Source of the DNA: Thermoplasmata archaeon
Lineage (GTDB): Archaea; Thermoplasmatota; Thermoplasmata; Thermoplasmatales; GCA-001856825
Length of the DNA: 49,246 nt
Assembly (NCBI GenBank): GCA_021787125.1
Contig: JAJYMI010000089.1
Location: 1-49,246, forward strand
Direction: 5' to 3'
A model generated the notes under the pieces. The model saw only the letters and a list, made by a program, of their open reading frames with translations. It was not told the DNA's origin and searched no databases. Both the position numbers and the translations under genes were made by a program. This document shows positions 20,097 to 29,891 of the stretch, one piece after another; the first letter of the stretch is position 1; every line of letters begins with the position of its first letter.

Positions 20097-20798
20097 ATGC
20101 GAAGAACCAAGCAAGCGGGAATCAACTTCCTGAACGATGACAAGATAGCAGAAAGGATTGTCTCACTTGTGAGTTGTGTGAACAGAGATGTACTGGAAGT
20201 TGGTGCTGGGCTGGGACAGTTGACGGCCCACATAAGCAGCTACAGGTCCCTGACCCTTATTGAGCGAGAGTGGGAATTCGCAGAACGTTTAAAGTCTTCC
20301 TTTCAGAACGCCACAGTGATCAATGCTGATGCTCTCAAGGTCGAGTGGCCAAGATTCGATGTGTTTGTATCCAACATGCCTTACTCCATCTCCTCTCCCC
20401 TCCTTGAAAAACTGTGGAACAACAGGTTCGAGGAAGGGGTCGTCACGATCCAGAAGGAGGTTGCAGACAGAATCACGGCGGTACCCAAGACAAGGGATTA
20501 TTCCAGACTGTCTATAATGATGCAGTTAAAGTTCAAAGTTGACAGGGAGTTTGATATACCTCCATCAAAATTCACTCCCTCTCCGAAGGTGTTCAGCACC
20601 GTGCTAAGGCTAGAGCCGAGGAACGAGAAGATCCCTGCAGGCTTCGATGATTTCCTCAAGAGCATTTTCTCCCAAAGAAGGAAGAAGTTGAGGAACGTTG
20701 TGAATACTCGGTTGTATGGAGACATGAGACCAGAAGAGCTGACGACACTCGAGCTAATGAAAATTTTTGAGGATCTCAGCGAGCAGCGACAATCTTAA
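20097..20798 (+). CDS. ksgA: 16S rRNA adenine dimethyltransferase KsgA/RsmA
   Basis: GxNFL, LEVGAGLGQLT, SNMPYSISS, QKEVA, FxPxPKVxS and QRRK motifs. Confidence 0.94.
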   Translation: MRRTKQAGINFLNDDKIAERIVSLVSCVNRDVLEVGAGLGQLTAHISSYRSLTLIEREWEFAERLKSSFQNATVINADALKVEWPRFDVFVSNMPYSISSPLLEKLWNNRFEEGVVTIQKEVADRITAVPKTRDYSRLSIMMQLKFKVDREFDIPPSKFTPSPKVFSTVLRLEPRNEKIPAGFDDFLKSIFSQRRKKLRNVVNTRLYGDMRPEELTTLELMKIFEDLSEQRQS

Positions 20799-21963
20799 TG
20801 ACGTCTCCGTCCTCGAGAACGTGATCTCTTCCAAGAATACGTTTGGTTCTACCATTGACTGCTCGAATGAACCTATCACCAAGATCAGAGTGCACTTTGT
20901 ATGCTAAGTCAATGGCGGTAGAGCCCTGTCTTAGGAGTATAGCATCTGGGAGGATATTCCCGTTCTTGTCCGTCCAGTGGTTCTCGTCCTCCACGGGGTA
21001 GACGACAATCATCCCTAGCACCTTGTATACTAGGTATTCTACGGCTTCCTGTGTTCTTGTGCCTCCGTTGTGGCTCATGAAGTCTTCTACTCGTTTGAGC
21101 GCATCCCTCTGTGCCTGGTTTAGCTTTGGCAGGTCGATGACGCTGAATGAAACATCTCCTGGAAAGTATGAGATAAGGCCCGCCTTCGAAGCCTTTCGGA
21201 GAACCAGCTCAAAATCTCCCGACACGACCTGGGCTCCTCTCTCCTTCAGTTTGGAAGCTTCGACCTGGTCTATTTTGTCTCCCTTTGTTGCCACTATTAT
21301 TCCTGGCTTGGATGTTCTTATGATCTCTTCAGCCAGTCTCACGGAGACCCCTTCGTCCCATTCTTTCAGATTGCTAGGAATCGCTGCACTTTTGACCGCA
21401 GCAGAGATGTCTTTGGGGTCTATCCCCAGTCCTGACACTTTTTCGTAAATAATGTTCTCAATCTTACCCCCCTCGCTCTCCAGCTTTCTTATATTCCTTA
21501 TGAGTCCGTCGGAAATGATGTTGGCCAACCAAAGGACGATTTCTCTGTGGACAAATTCAGCATCGTCCAGTGGATCAAACTTTCCCCTTCCGACGGAATT
21601 GCCGTTCTGATCAAGAGATCCAGTTGAGTCTATTACCTGTATGAACCCATCTGCTCTTCTCAGGTCGTCGAGGAACTTGTTGCCTAGTCCCTTACCTTCG
21701 TGGGCACCAGGCACTAGGCCCGCAACGTCAATTAACTCGACCGGAACCAACCTCGTGCCATTAGCGCATTTCCCAAAATTTGGCTTACACTTTTTTCCGA
21801 GATCGGTCTCAGGACATTTGGCCCTTATGTATGTAACCCCCTTGTTTGATTCGATGGTCGTGAAGGGATAATCGCCTATCTCCACTGCATTCTCAGTGAG
21901 AGCAGAAAAGAATGTACTTTTTCCAACATTTGGCTTTCCGATTATTCCAATCAGTAGGCTCAT
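20776..21963 (-). CDS. ychF: YchF/Ola1-family OBG-like ATPase with TGS domain
   Basis: GKPNVGKST, YPFTTI, DVAGLVPGAHEGKGLGNKFL and C-terminal TGS domain. Confidence 0.95.
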   Translation of the reverse strand: MSLLIGIIGKPNVGKSTFFSALTENAVEIGDYPFTTIESNKGVTYIRAKCPETDLGKKCKPNFGKCANGTRLVPVELIDVAGLVPGAHEGKGLGNKFLDDLRRADGFIQVIDSTGSLDQNGNSVGRGKFDPLDDAEFVHREIVLWLANIISDGLIRNIRKLESEGGKIENIIYEKVSGLGIDPKDISAAVKSAAIPSNLKEWDEGVSVRLAEEIIRTSKPGIIVATKGDKIDQVEASKLKERGAQVVSGDFELVLRKASKAGLISYFPGDVSFSVIDLPKLNQAQRDALKRVEDFMSHNGGTRTQEAVEYLVYKVLGMIVVYPVEDENHWTDKNGNILPDAILLRQGSTAIDLAYKVHSDLGDRFIRAVNGRTKRILGRDHVLEDGDVIKIVAAR

Positions 21964-22382
21964 TCTATCTTGGCTTCTACCAGATCGAAGCCGCTAGGGC
22001 ACTTTCCTTCAAGAACGTTGTTCACTTTTAACTTTGATTTATCCTTCATGTAGCTCAGAATGCAGATATCTGCATACTTGCAAGAATAGTCGTCGCAATC
22101 GGGCCGCTTGTAGGTCACTTTTGCTCCCTCCTTCGCGATTTTCTTGGGAATCATCAGACTTCTCTCCTCCTCTTCTACCTCCACGGTGTAGACCTTGTCT
22201 CCTTCGTGGATGAAACACTTGTGTTCCTTTTCCCTAAATTTTACCGTTCTGTAGTAGCTACCTGGCTTGAGGTTGTGACATACGTTCTTCAGATTGCAAA
22301 CGTTGCACTCCTGTGCAGGAGAAAAATACTGAAACACCGATCCTTCTTTGGTTAGATTCTTTGGAACCAATGTTATGACCAT
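21960..22382 (-). CDS. UPF0179 family Cys-rich protein
   Basis: ITL start, ECxxCxLKxxC, HxCxxH and later Cys cluster. Confidence 0.85.
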   Translation of the reverse strand: MVITLVPKNLTKEGSVFQYFSPAQECNVCNLKNVCHNLKPGSYYRTVKFREKEHKCFIHEGDKVYTVEVEEEERSLMIPKKIAKEGAKVTYKRPDCDDYSCKYADICILSYMKDKSKLKVNNVLEGKCPSGFDLVEAKIE

Positions 22383-23440
22383 TATGCAACTCCCGTTATG
22401 CGTAGTGCTTCCCTAGCAGCGCTCTCACTGAGTCCGCTCTCTCCCAGTATTGTGTACCTGTCTGGCCGAGTCTTGTGTGCCATCATCAGGGCCTGTATCG
22501 CATCATCCTCCGTCAATGAAACTTGATCTAGTGTTGTAGGGGCGCCTATGGTCTGTAGCGTACTCTTTATCATATTCCAGTCGGCACCGTGCAGATACAT
22601 CGCAATTATCGAGCCGATACCGCACAGCTCCCCGTGTAACGCATTCCCTTTCTTGATGGTATCTACGGCGTGGGCAAACATGTGCTCAGAGCCAGAGGCA
22701 GGTCTCGAACTCCCCGCAATGCTCATCGCAATTCCAGAGAATACTATCTGCTTTATAACGAGCCACACACTCTCTTCCACGTTCGGTTTGATCTGAGAGG
22801 CATTGTTGATTATCTCTCTGGCTGCGAATTCAGAAATCGCATACGCTGAACTGCTGACCCTCTCTCCCTTCAGTCTGTGTCCAAGATTCCAGTCCCTCAG
22901 TGCTGGCAGATTGGAAAGGACATCTGCTGCACCCGAGGCGAGTGTCCTGAACGGAGCCGTTACTATGATCTCTGTATCAGCAATAATAGCCGCTGGCATC
23001 ATTGCCTCAACTGATGAAGATAAGCCATTCTTGATGATCGACGCCCTTGGACTCGCTACTCCGTCGTGGCTCGCTGAAGTCGGAATTGAAACGAAGTCCA
23101 GGCCCAGGTCGAAAGCACTCTTCTTTGCGATGTCTATCTTTGTTCCTCCACCGATACCGATTATGACCTTTGCATCGAAATCCTTCGTCTTATCTTTGAC
23201 TCTCTCCACATTTTCCTCGGTTGCGAGATCCGTTATTATTATGCTCGTTTCAACTCCGGAAGTTTTGAGGAGCTCTTTTACCCGTTCGCCTGCAAGTTTC
23301 ACGGTAGTCTTACCGGTGACTATCACTCCCTTTCTCGAGCTAGTGAGTTTGTTAAAGACTTCGCCTATTTTTTCAATAGCACCATGGCCCCCGATTACTT
23401 CTCTTGGAAGTATCATCTCGGCCAATTTCTCGAACGGCAC
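22382..23440 (-). CDS. egsA: sn-glycerol-1-phosphate dehydrogenase
   Basis: GGGxxID, PTSASHDGVAS, SSRPASGSEH, LHGE and RPDRYTIL motifs. Confidence 0.96.
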   Translation of the reverse strand: MPFEKLAEMILPREVIGGHGAIEKIGEVFNKLTSSRKGVIVTGKTTVKLAGERVKELLKTSGVETSIIITDLATEENVERVKDKTKDFDAKVIIGIGGGTKIDIAKKSAFDLGLDFVSIPTSASHDGVASPRASIIKNGLSSSVEAMMPAAIIADTEIIVTAPFRTLASGAADVLSNLPALRDWNLGHRLKGERVSSSAYAISEFAAREIINNASQIKPNVEESVWLVIKQIVFSGIAMSIAGSSRPASGSEHMFAHAVDTIKKGNALHGELCGIGSIIAMYLHGADWNMIKSTLQTIGAPTTLDQVSLTEDDAIQALMMAHKTRPDRYTILGESGLSESAAREALRITGVA

Positions 23441-23499
23441 ACCGCCATATCCACTATTGGATATTTATCGTTTGCCTGAATCTTTCTGTACCTACGGCG

Positions 23500-24714
23500 T
23501 CAGGTTCCTTCTTCCCAGGAATTGATGTATCGCAGTTGCTCCTTCGAGAGTTCATCAATCTCTATTCCGTACGAACTGAGGTACGTGTTTGCCACCCTGA
23601 GATCGATCTCACTTGGGACTGGATAGACCTTTGGTTCCTTTCTGGGATTTTCTGCTATGAACTGGGCCGTTAGGGCTTGTATGGAGAACGAAAGATCCAT
23701 TATCTCAGCGGGGTGGCCCTGACCAGATGCAAGATTGACGAGTCTGCCATCGGACAGTACGTAAGCCTTCTTTTTTCCAATCGAGTACTGAGTCACATTC
23801 TTCCTTACCGATTTGCCTTTGCCAAATTTCCTCTCCATGTCTTCCACTGCGACCTCGTTGTTGAAGTGTCCAGAATTGGCCAGAATGATGCCATCCCTGG
23901 CATCCTTGAGAAGTTCAGGTGTAACAATGTCCTTCACCCCCGTGGCCGTAATCACAAAATCAGCGTACCTAATTGCTTCCTTCATCGGCTTCACCAAGAA
24001 CCCATCCATGTGAGCCTCTATAGATTTGAACGGATCTATCTCGGTGACAGTCACGTTTGCACCTAGGCCCCTCATCTTGTTGGCAATCCCTCTGCCGCAC
24101 CACCCGTATCCTCCGACCACGACGTTCTTACCAGCGACCACCAGATTAGTGGCGGTCAGAATGCCGTCTATCGTGCTCTGGCCAGTGCCGTATCGGTTGT
24201 CGAAAAGGTGCTTCATCAGCGCGTCGTTTACGTCAAACATCGGGAACTTGAGTGCTCCAGCCTTTTCCATATTCCTGAGTCTCACGACCCCGGTGGTCGT
24301 CTCCTCATTCCCACCCTTGATGTTCTTATAGACGGCCTTATCATTCAGGGCTAGTGCGGTCAGATCTCCTCCATCATCGATTATTATGTCAGGCTCTATC
24401 TCGATGGTCTTTGCCAGATATTCGTAATATTCATCTCTGGTGAGTCCCCTCTTTGCGAACACGCTGACACCGAAGTCATCCTTAAGGGAAGCAGCAACCT
24501 CGTCATCTGTACTGAGAGGATTGCATCCAGATATCCTGACTCTGGCCCCGCCCTGTTTTAGGGTGTACGCAAGCACAGCGGTCTTAGCTTCTAGATGCAA
24601 AGCCATAGATATGTTCATACCCTTGAAGGGTTTATTTGAAATGAAATCCTTTCTTACGCTCTCCAGAACGGGCATCCATCTCATTCCCCATTCTATCTTC
24701 TTCTTTCCATCCAT
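23500..24714 (-). CDS. ahcY: Adenosylhomocysteinase
   Basis: HLEAKTA, NPLST, DDGGD, EETTTG, KHLFDNRYGTGQS, GYGWCGRG and GHPAEIMD; alternative TTG start at 24720. Confidence 0.97.
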   Translation of the reverse strand: MDGKKKIEWGMRWMPVLESVRKDFISNKPFKGMNISMALHLEAKTAVLAYTLKQGGARVRISGCNPLSTDDEVAASLKDDFGVSVFAKRGLTRDEYYEYLAKTIEIEPDIIIDDGGDLTALALNDKAVYKNIKGGNEETTTGVVRLRNMEKAGALKFPMFDVNDALMKHLFDNRYGTGQSTIDGILTATNLVVAGKNVVVGGYGWCGRGIANKMRGLGANVTVTEIDPFKSIEAHMDGFLVKPMKEAIRYADFVITATGVKDIVTPELLKDARDGIILANSGHFNNEVAVEDMERKFGKGKSVRKNVTQYSIGKKKAYVLSDGRLVNLASGQGHPAEIMDLSFSIQALTAQFIAENPRKEPKVYPVPSEIDLRVANTYLSSYGIEIDELSKEQLRYINSWEEGT

Positions 24715-24734
24715 GATCAATGAAACCGATTTCG

Positions 24735-25373
24735 TTATAATGCTTTTTTGATTTTCATCAGGATGCCATCTCCCAACTCTTCTGTCTCTACGTGGCCTAA
24801 TCTCATCGGTTCTCTCAATGTTCCAAACATCGGAATTCCTTCGTCTCCAACGAGAATGGGAGAGTAGAATATTGAGATCTCGTCCCAGTTATTATCAGTT
24901 ATAAAGGAAGTGATTACAGATTTCCCTCCCTCTATCATTACACTTTTGTATCCCATATTCCCGAGTTCCTGGACCACGAAATCGGATCGGAGAACTTTGT
25001 CGGGACTGTTCTTTACCTCTACCCTCGATGCAACGCTTTGATCGAAGATATCTCCTTCAACCCCTCTTCTGCAAAAAATGACGACCCTTCTCGGATATGA
25101 GAATACTCTAGCATTCCTGTTTACTGTGAGATTGGAATCAAGGATTGCGACGTCAGGAATTCTATCCGATTTGTAGTACTTCTCATTTACAACGAGCTTT
25201 GGATCATCCAGGTTAATTGTATTCTTTCCGACTAGTATGATATCAGATTCTGACCTCATTCTATGAACTCTGGTCAGGTCTTCTAAATTAGAAAATCTGA
25301 ACGCTTTCCCTCCCTTCAGGGCGATCTTTCCATCTAAAGAGCACGCGAAATTTATCACTACTCGGGGTCTCAC
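24735..25373 (-). CDS. RibD C-terminal-type pyrimidine reductase (ArfC/Rib7-like, riboflavin pathway)
   Basis: ACSLDGKIA, VHRMR, VGKNTxxxDDP and MIEGG motifs. Confidence 0.85.
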   Translation of the reverse strand: MRPRVVINFACSLDGKIALKGGKAFRFSNLEDLTRVHRMRSESDIILVGKNTINLDDPKLVVNEKYYKSDRIPDVAILDSNLTVNRNARVFSYPRRVVIFCRRGVEGDIFDQSVASRVEVKNSPDKVLRSDFVVQELGNMGYKSVMIEGGKSVITSFITDNNWDEISIFYSPILVGDEGIPMFGTLREPMRLGHVETEELGDGILMKIKKAL

Positions 25374-25504
25374 TCTCTAATGAACCAGTAAGAAATATTA
25401 TAATTTGTGCTATAGAGCCCGTTGACACTATCTCCAATCCCGCACTGCCTCTTCCAAGAAATAGCGCGGGAAAATAGTTCAGTTCAAAGCTGAAGTAATG
25501 TTTA

Positions 25505-25520
25505 ATTAGGGTGACCTAAT
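25505..25520. promoter_or_regulatory. Putative DtxR/SirR-type operator ATTAGG-gtga-CCTAAT overlapping the TATA box
   Basis: Perfect 6-bp inverted repeat with TTAGG...CCTAA half-sites, ending 9 nt before the DtxR-family start and overlapping TTTAATTA at 25501-25508. Confidence 0.7.
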
Positions 25521-25528
25521 CATGTTGA

Positions 25529-26248
25529 GTGAAACACAATAGTCAGGACTATCTCCTGGCCATTTGGGAGTTATGTGAAAGTTACGAACTTGCTAGTGAG
25601 AAAGGCGTTGCTGAAAGGTTAGGAATCTCTCTGCCATCAGCATGGGAGGGAATTCACAGGCTTGAAAGAGAAGGCATGCTCACACTGAACAAGCAGGGAC
25701 TCACGTTCACAACAGAAGGCTATTCAAGTGCAATGAAAATGGTGAGAGCGCACAGGATCACAGAATATTTTGTCTATTCCTATCTTGAAGTACCCTGGGA
25801 CGAAGTGCACAACTCGGTAATGGACCTCGAACACGATTTCAACGAACAGCTGCTTTCCAACCTGTACAGAAAGATGGACTCTCCCAGTTTCTGCCCTCAT
25901 GGTAATCCTGTCAAACCAGACCAAGCGATGATAGAGATCAGCGCAGATGAAGCTCCGGAAGGCAGGTATTACTTCGTAAGGCCAGTACTGGAAGAGTACG
26001 CATTCCTGAAGAAGCTCTTGAGTGCAGGGTCAACTCCCGGAAAGCTAATTGATATAGAAAAGGGAGGAACCAGCCTATACTTGATTGGCGAGAATGGAGA
26101 ATTCAAATTGCCTTCAAGTATGGAGAAAACGATCAGACTCAGACCAAAATCAGGTGCTCAAAAAAGGTTCTACAAGGGCTCAAAGTTTTCTCCTCATCAG
26201 TCGACTCGAGTCCCGTTTCCACTGAGTTTTAATGAATCCCACACTTAG
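25529..26248 (+). CDS. DtxR/MntR family metal-dependent transcriptional regulator
   Basis: DYLxAI, HTH (VAERLGIS), RAHRITE, LEH and CPHGNP motifs. Confidence 0.93.
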   Translation: MKHNSQDYLLAIWELCESYELASEKGVAERLGISLPSAWEGIHRLEREGMLTLNKQGLTFTTEGYSSAMKMVRAHRITEYFVYSYLEVPWDEVHNSVMDLEHDFNEQLLSNLYRKMDSPSFCPHGNPVKPDQAMIEISADEAPEGRYYFVRPVLEEYAFLKKLLSAGSTPGKLIDIEKGGTSLYLIGENGEFKLPSSMEKTIRLRPKSGAQKRFYKGSKFSPHQSTRVPFPLSFNESHT

Positions 26249-27434
26249 AAAGTTGTTGCCCGTCTTGGGTCCGGGTTGGGTAGTAATGCTCGCAGACCTG
26301 GATGCGCCGAGTGTCATCACGGCAATACAGTCTGGTATCGAATTCAGGGCTCATCTGATAATATTCTTGATCGTTCTGATTATTCCTCTCTACTTTGTTC
26401 AGGATACTTCCTCTAGGATAGGGGCCGTGACTGGTAAAACTCTGGGTCAAGTAATATCGGAATACTTTGGACACAGCTGGACGATCGTCGCAGTCTCCGG
26501 AAGCGCGATAATAGACTTCGCTGCTTATGTTGGAGAGCTCGCAGGAATTGCGGTCGCTGCTTCTCTGGTCGGAATTCCAGTCCTGGCAACAATAGTCTTT
26601 GTCATAATCATTCACACCATCGTTGTGACTACCGGGAAGTACAAGAAGATAGAAATCTTCCTGGTTGCAATTGGATTTCTTCTGTTCCTGTTTGTGATAC
26701 TAGATTTCTTGGTATATCCACACAACATACACCTGGCGGATTTCTTGCCATACGTTCCCAAGAACTCGTTCTACTTTCTAATCGCCGCAAACATCGGTGC
26801 GGTCATAATGCCGTGGATGTTGTTCTACCATCAGGCAGCGGATGTGGATAGTGGACTCAAGATATCGGGGATGAAGAAGGAGAGTTGGGGAACACTGCAA
26901 GGTGCGATAGCATCTGAGGTGCTTATGGTATCGATTGTGATATTCTCATGGAAGTTGGCACAGGATGGTTACACCAATGGTAATTCCATGCTTTATGTTG
27001 CGGCTGCACTGGGCCACGAAATTGGACCAATAGGGCCCATATTGTTTGCAATAGCGCTCGGCGTTGCCGGCCTCCTTGCCATGTTTGTCATCTCCATGAG
27101 TATGTCTTATTCCCTCTCAGATGTCTTCAAGATGAAGGGATCTTTCAACAAGAGTTTCAGAAGTCAGAAGAAATTTTACGCCATTTTCCTGCTAGAAATT
27201 ATACCAGCTGCTATCCTAACTCTAGCAATCAACAACCTGATCAGCCTAGCACTTGATGTGATGGTTCTCAGCTCAATTGCACTTGCCTTGCCTCTATTAG
27301 TAGTGATAAGAATTGGCTCGAACAGAAAGATCATGGGACAGCACACGATAGGAAGACCAAGAACGGTCTTTCTGTACGCATTCTTGATCTTGGCCGTCGG
27401 ATTAGGAATTTTCTCAATCTTTCAGGTAATCTAG
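26232..27434 (+). CDS. NRAMP-family divalent metal transporter (non-canonical motifs)
   Basis: GPGWVV, RIGxVTGK and GAVIMP motifs; about 11 TM; overlaps the end of the DtxR gene. Confidence 0.88.
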   Translation: MNPTLRKLLPVLGPGWVVMLADLDAPSVITAIQSGIEFRAHLIIFLIVLIIPLYFVQDTSSRIGAVTGKTLGQVISEYFGHSWTIVAVSGSAIIDFAAYVGELAGIAVAASLVGIPVLATIVFVIIIHTIVVTTGKYKKIEIFLVAIGFLLFLFVILDFLVYPHNIHLADFLPYVPKNSFYFLIAANIGAVIMPWMLFYHQAADVDSGLKISGMKKESWGTLQGAIASEVLMVSIVIFSWKLAQDGYTNGNSMLYVAAALGHEIGPIGPILFAIALGVAGLLAMFVISMSMSYSLSDVFKMKGSFNKSFRSQKKFYAIFLLEIIPAAILTLAINNLISLALDVMVLSSIALALPLLVVIRIGSNRKIMGQHTIGRPRTVFLYAFLILAVGLGIFSIFQVI

Positions 27435-27674
27435 CTGAACAAGGTGGATGAAAGTAGATGGATTCCTGCTGTCTACCCCAGATTGAGCTGTAGGGCAAAG
27501 ATCTCCTCAAGAATTTCCAGATGTCCGAAGATAACCATTGTTGTGGATATGGAAGAAAGAGGAGAAAGCTAGATACATGGAGAGGGTAGCGACACTTCTT
27601 AAATCCTTTAAACTCACACAGCAGTGCGATCGATTGCAAGGAAATCTAGTTATTCTTAATCCCGATATTTCTCT

Positions 27675-29012
27675 ATGATTGTTTCTCCCCTTGATTATAG
27701 GTACGGTAGGGAAGAAGTGAAGTCAATTTTCTCCGAAGAGTCCAACCTGAAGTTAATGCTAGAAGTGGAAGCGGCTCTTGCAAGGGCCGAGGCAGAAGCA
27801 GGTATAGTACCTAGGGAAGCCGCAGAAGGAATTTCAAAGCATGCGAATCTCGAATCTGTAAAAATAGAGGAGGTCAAGAGGATCGAGAAAGAGATAGGAC
27901 ACAATGTAATGGCCATGGTAAAGGTGCTCACACTAGCCTCGGGAGAGAGTGGAAAATTTGTGCATCTTGGTGCGACTTCCAATGACATCACAGACACAGC
28001 AAATGCACTGCAGTTCAAGAAATTTTATTCTTTCTTGGTCGATGATCTCTTAAATCTGTCTGAAGTTCTGTACGACGTTTCAAAGACCAATTTGAACACA
28101 GTGATGATAGGAAGGACTCATGGACAGCATGCGCTACCGATAACTTTCGGACTAAAGACCTCCGTTTATCTCTCCGAGGTGATGCGTCATATAGAGAGAG
28201 TGGAGGAGTCCCGAAAGAGAGTGGTCGTAGGGAAGTTCATGGGTGCAGTTGGAACGGGTGCTGCCCTGGGAAAAGAAACAATGAAGGTCCAATCCATCCT
28301 GATGAAGAATCTGGGAATCGGTGAAGAAGAGGGTCCAACCCAGATAGTAGACCGGGACAGATATGTGGAATATGTTTCTATGATTGCGAACATTGCCACT
28401 TCTCTGGAAAAGTTTGCAACCGAAATAAGAAATCTCCAGAGGCCCGAGATAGGAGAAGTTCAGGAGCCCTTCAACGAAAAGAGGCAGGTTGGTTCAAGCA
28501 CTATGGCTCAGAAGATCAATCCCGTCACTTCCGAGAACATAGTCTCACTAGCGAGGATCATAAGGGGGTTTGTCGTCCCGATGCACGAGTCCGCAGTACT
28601 GTGGCATGAGAGGGACCTGACTAACAGTGCCTCTGAAAGGTTCATAATTCCCTATGTATCCATACTTATAGACGACATTCTCAACAAGGCAATTTCCGTT
28701 TTCAGTGGTCTCAAGGTAAACTCGGAAGTGATGCTGAAGAACGTCACGAACGATGATCTGGTACTCGGAGAGGCCTATCTGATGGCATTAGTCAATAAAG
28801 GGTATGGTAGACAAGAGGCACACGAGATAGTCAGAATGGCCTCAATGGAAGTCAGAGAGAAAGGAGGGGAGTTAAGGAAAAAAATAGAAGACATGACGGG
28901 AAAGAGTATCAAGAGGCTTTCTCCCCTAGACTATACAGGCAATGCAGTGGAAATAACAGAGAAGATTCTCAGGAATTACGAGATCGTCAGGGGAACTCGG
29001 AACACCCACTAG
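27675..29012 (+). CDS. purB: Adenylosuccinate lyase
   Basis: PLDYRYG, HLGATSND, GRTHGQHA, GSSTMxxKxNP and HERDLTNS motifs. Confidence 0.96.
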   Translation: MIVSPLDYRYGREEVKSIFSEESNLKLMLEVEAALARAEAEAGIVPREAAEGISKHANLESVKIEEVKRIEKEIGHNVMAMVKVLTLASGESGKFVHLGATSNDITDTANALQFKKFYSFLVDDLLNLSEVLYDVSKTNLNTVMIGRTHGQHALPITFGLKTSVYLSEVMRHIERVEESRKRVVVGKFMGAVGTGAALGKETMKVQSILMKNLGIGEEEGPTQIVDRDRYVEYVSMIANIATSLEKFATEIRNLQRPEIGEVQEPFNEKRQVGSSTMAQKINPVTSENIVSLARIIRGFVVPMHESAVLWHERDLTNSASERFIIPYVSILIDDILNKAISVFSGLKVNSEVMLKNVTNDDLVLGEAYLMALVNKGYGRQEAHEIVRMASMEVREKGGELRKKIEDMTGKSIKRLSPLDYTGNAVEITEKILRNYEIVRGTRNTH

Positions 29013-29085
29013 TACATTTCAAGATACTAGTGTCAATGGCACGACGGGGGTAAAAGTTATTTGCCATAGTTTGGCATAATACCCT

Positions 29086-29844
29086 ATGCCGAACTGGGAA
29101 CGCTTCTACAAGAAGTCGACGGATTACGAACTGTACAGACCTAGGTATCCAGCTGAACTTCTGGATCTGCTAGGAAGAGAAGCTGGCCTAAGCTCTTTCA
29201 CGTCCGTAGCAGACGTCGGTTCGGGTACCGGACTGCTTTCAGAACTTCTTCTCAGATCGAAGTGCAACCTGTACTGTGTAGAGCCCAATGAAGAAATGAG
29301 GAGGGTTTCTGTGGGAAAGTTTGCTCACGAAGAAAAGTGTAAAATCATTGAGGGAACTGCAGAGAACACTTCACTCCTCGACGACTCAATGGATATTGTA
29401 ACGGTTGGACAGGCGTTTCACTGGTTTGATCCTATAAGAGCAAGAATCGAATTCGGAAGAATCCTGAAGAGAGGTGGAAAGGTAGTTTTGATCTGGAACA
29501 CTATAACAGAATCGAAAGAGGGAATGAATTTTGAGTACGAGAAACTGGTAAGGCAGTACAGCAGGGACTTCCATGGAAGTGGTGTTAACTCGACCAGCCT
29601 GACAGCCCTGACAGATTTCTATGGTGGGAATTTCTGTCGCTTCAAGATCAAGAATTATCAGAGACTGAGCCTTGAGGGTATGCTTGGAAGATATCTCTCG
29701 GCTTCTTATTCAATTACCGAAGATGATCCCAGGTTCGAAGACATGAGACATGACTTCGAGAAGACCTTTAGAAAGTACCAAAGCAATGGAGAGATCGTCA
29801 TAGAGTACGAAACAGATGTATTCATAGGAACAATCAATAAGTGA
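29086..29844 (+). CDS. Class I SAM-dependent methyltransferase
   Basis: YRPxYP, DVGSGTG, VEPN, GTAE and GQAFHWFD motifs. Confidence 0.92.
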   Translation: MPNWERFYKKSTDYELYRPRYPAELLDLLGREAGLSSFTSVADVGSGTGLLSELLLRSKCNLYCVEPNEEMRRVSVGKFAHEEKCKIIEGTAENTSLLDDSMDIVTVGQAFHWFDPIRARIEFGRILKRGGKVVLIWNTITESKEGMNFEYEKLVRQYSRDFHGSGVNSTSLTALTDFYGGNFCRFKIKNYQRLSLEGMLGRYLSASYSITEDDPRFEDMRHDFEKTFRKYQSNGEIVIEYETDVFIGTINK

Positions 29845-29891
29845 TTCCAATTAATAACCAAAGTTTTTATTGAATCTCTGGTTCCATATCG

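Noticed and set aside
25522-25542. ATG-initiated MLSETQ* resembling a DtxR N-terminus, hinting at a frameshift
   Set aside because: TATA spacing fits a leaderless GTG start at 25529 that gives an intact protein; the resemblance is probably chance
27435-27674. 240-bp gap after NRAMP with a 102-aa minus-strand ORF
   Set aside because: The ORF overlaps the NRAMP gene and has no family features; no convincing RNA structure or tRNA cloverleaf seen
29062-29076. TGCCA-N5-TGGCA inverted repeat upstream of the methyltransferase
   Set aside because: Only 5-bp arms, single instance, no cognate regulator nearby
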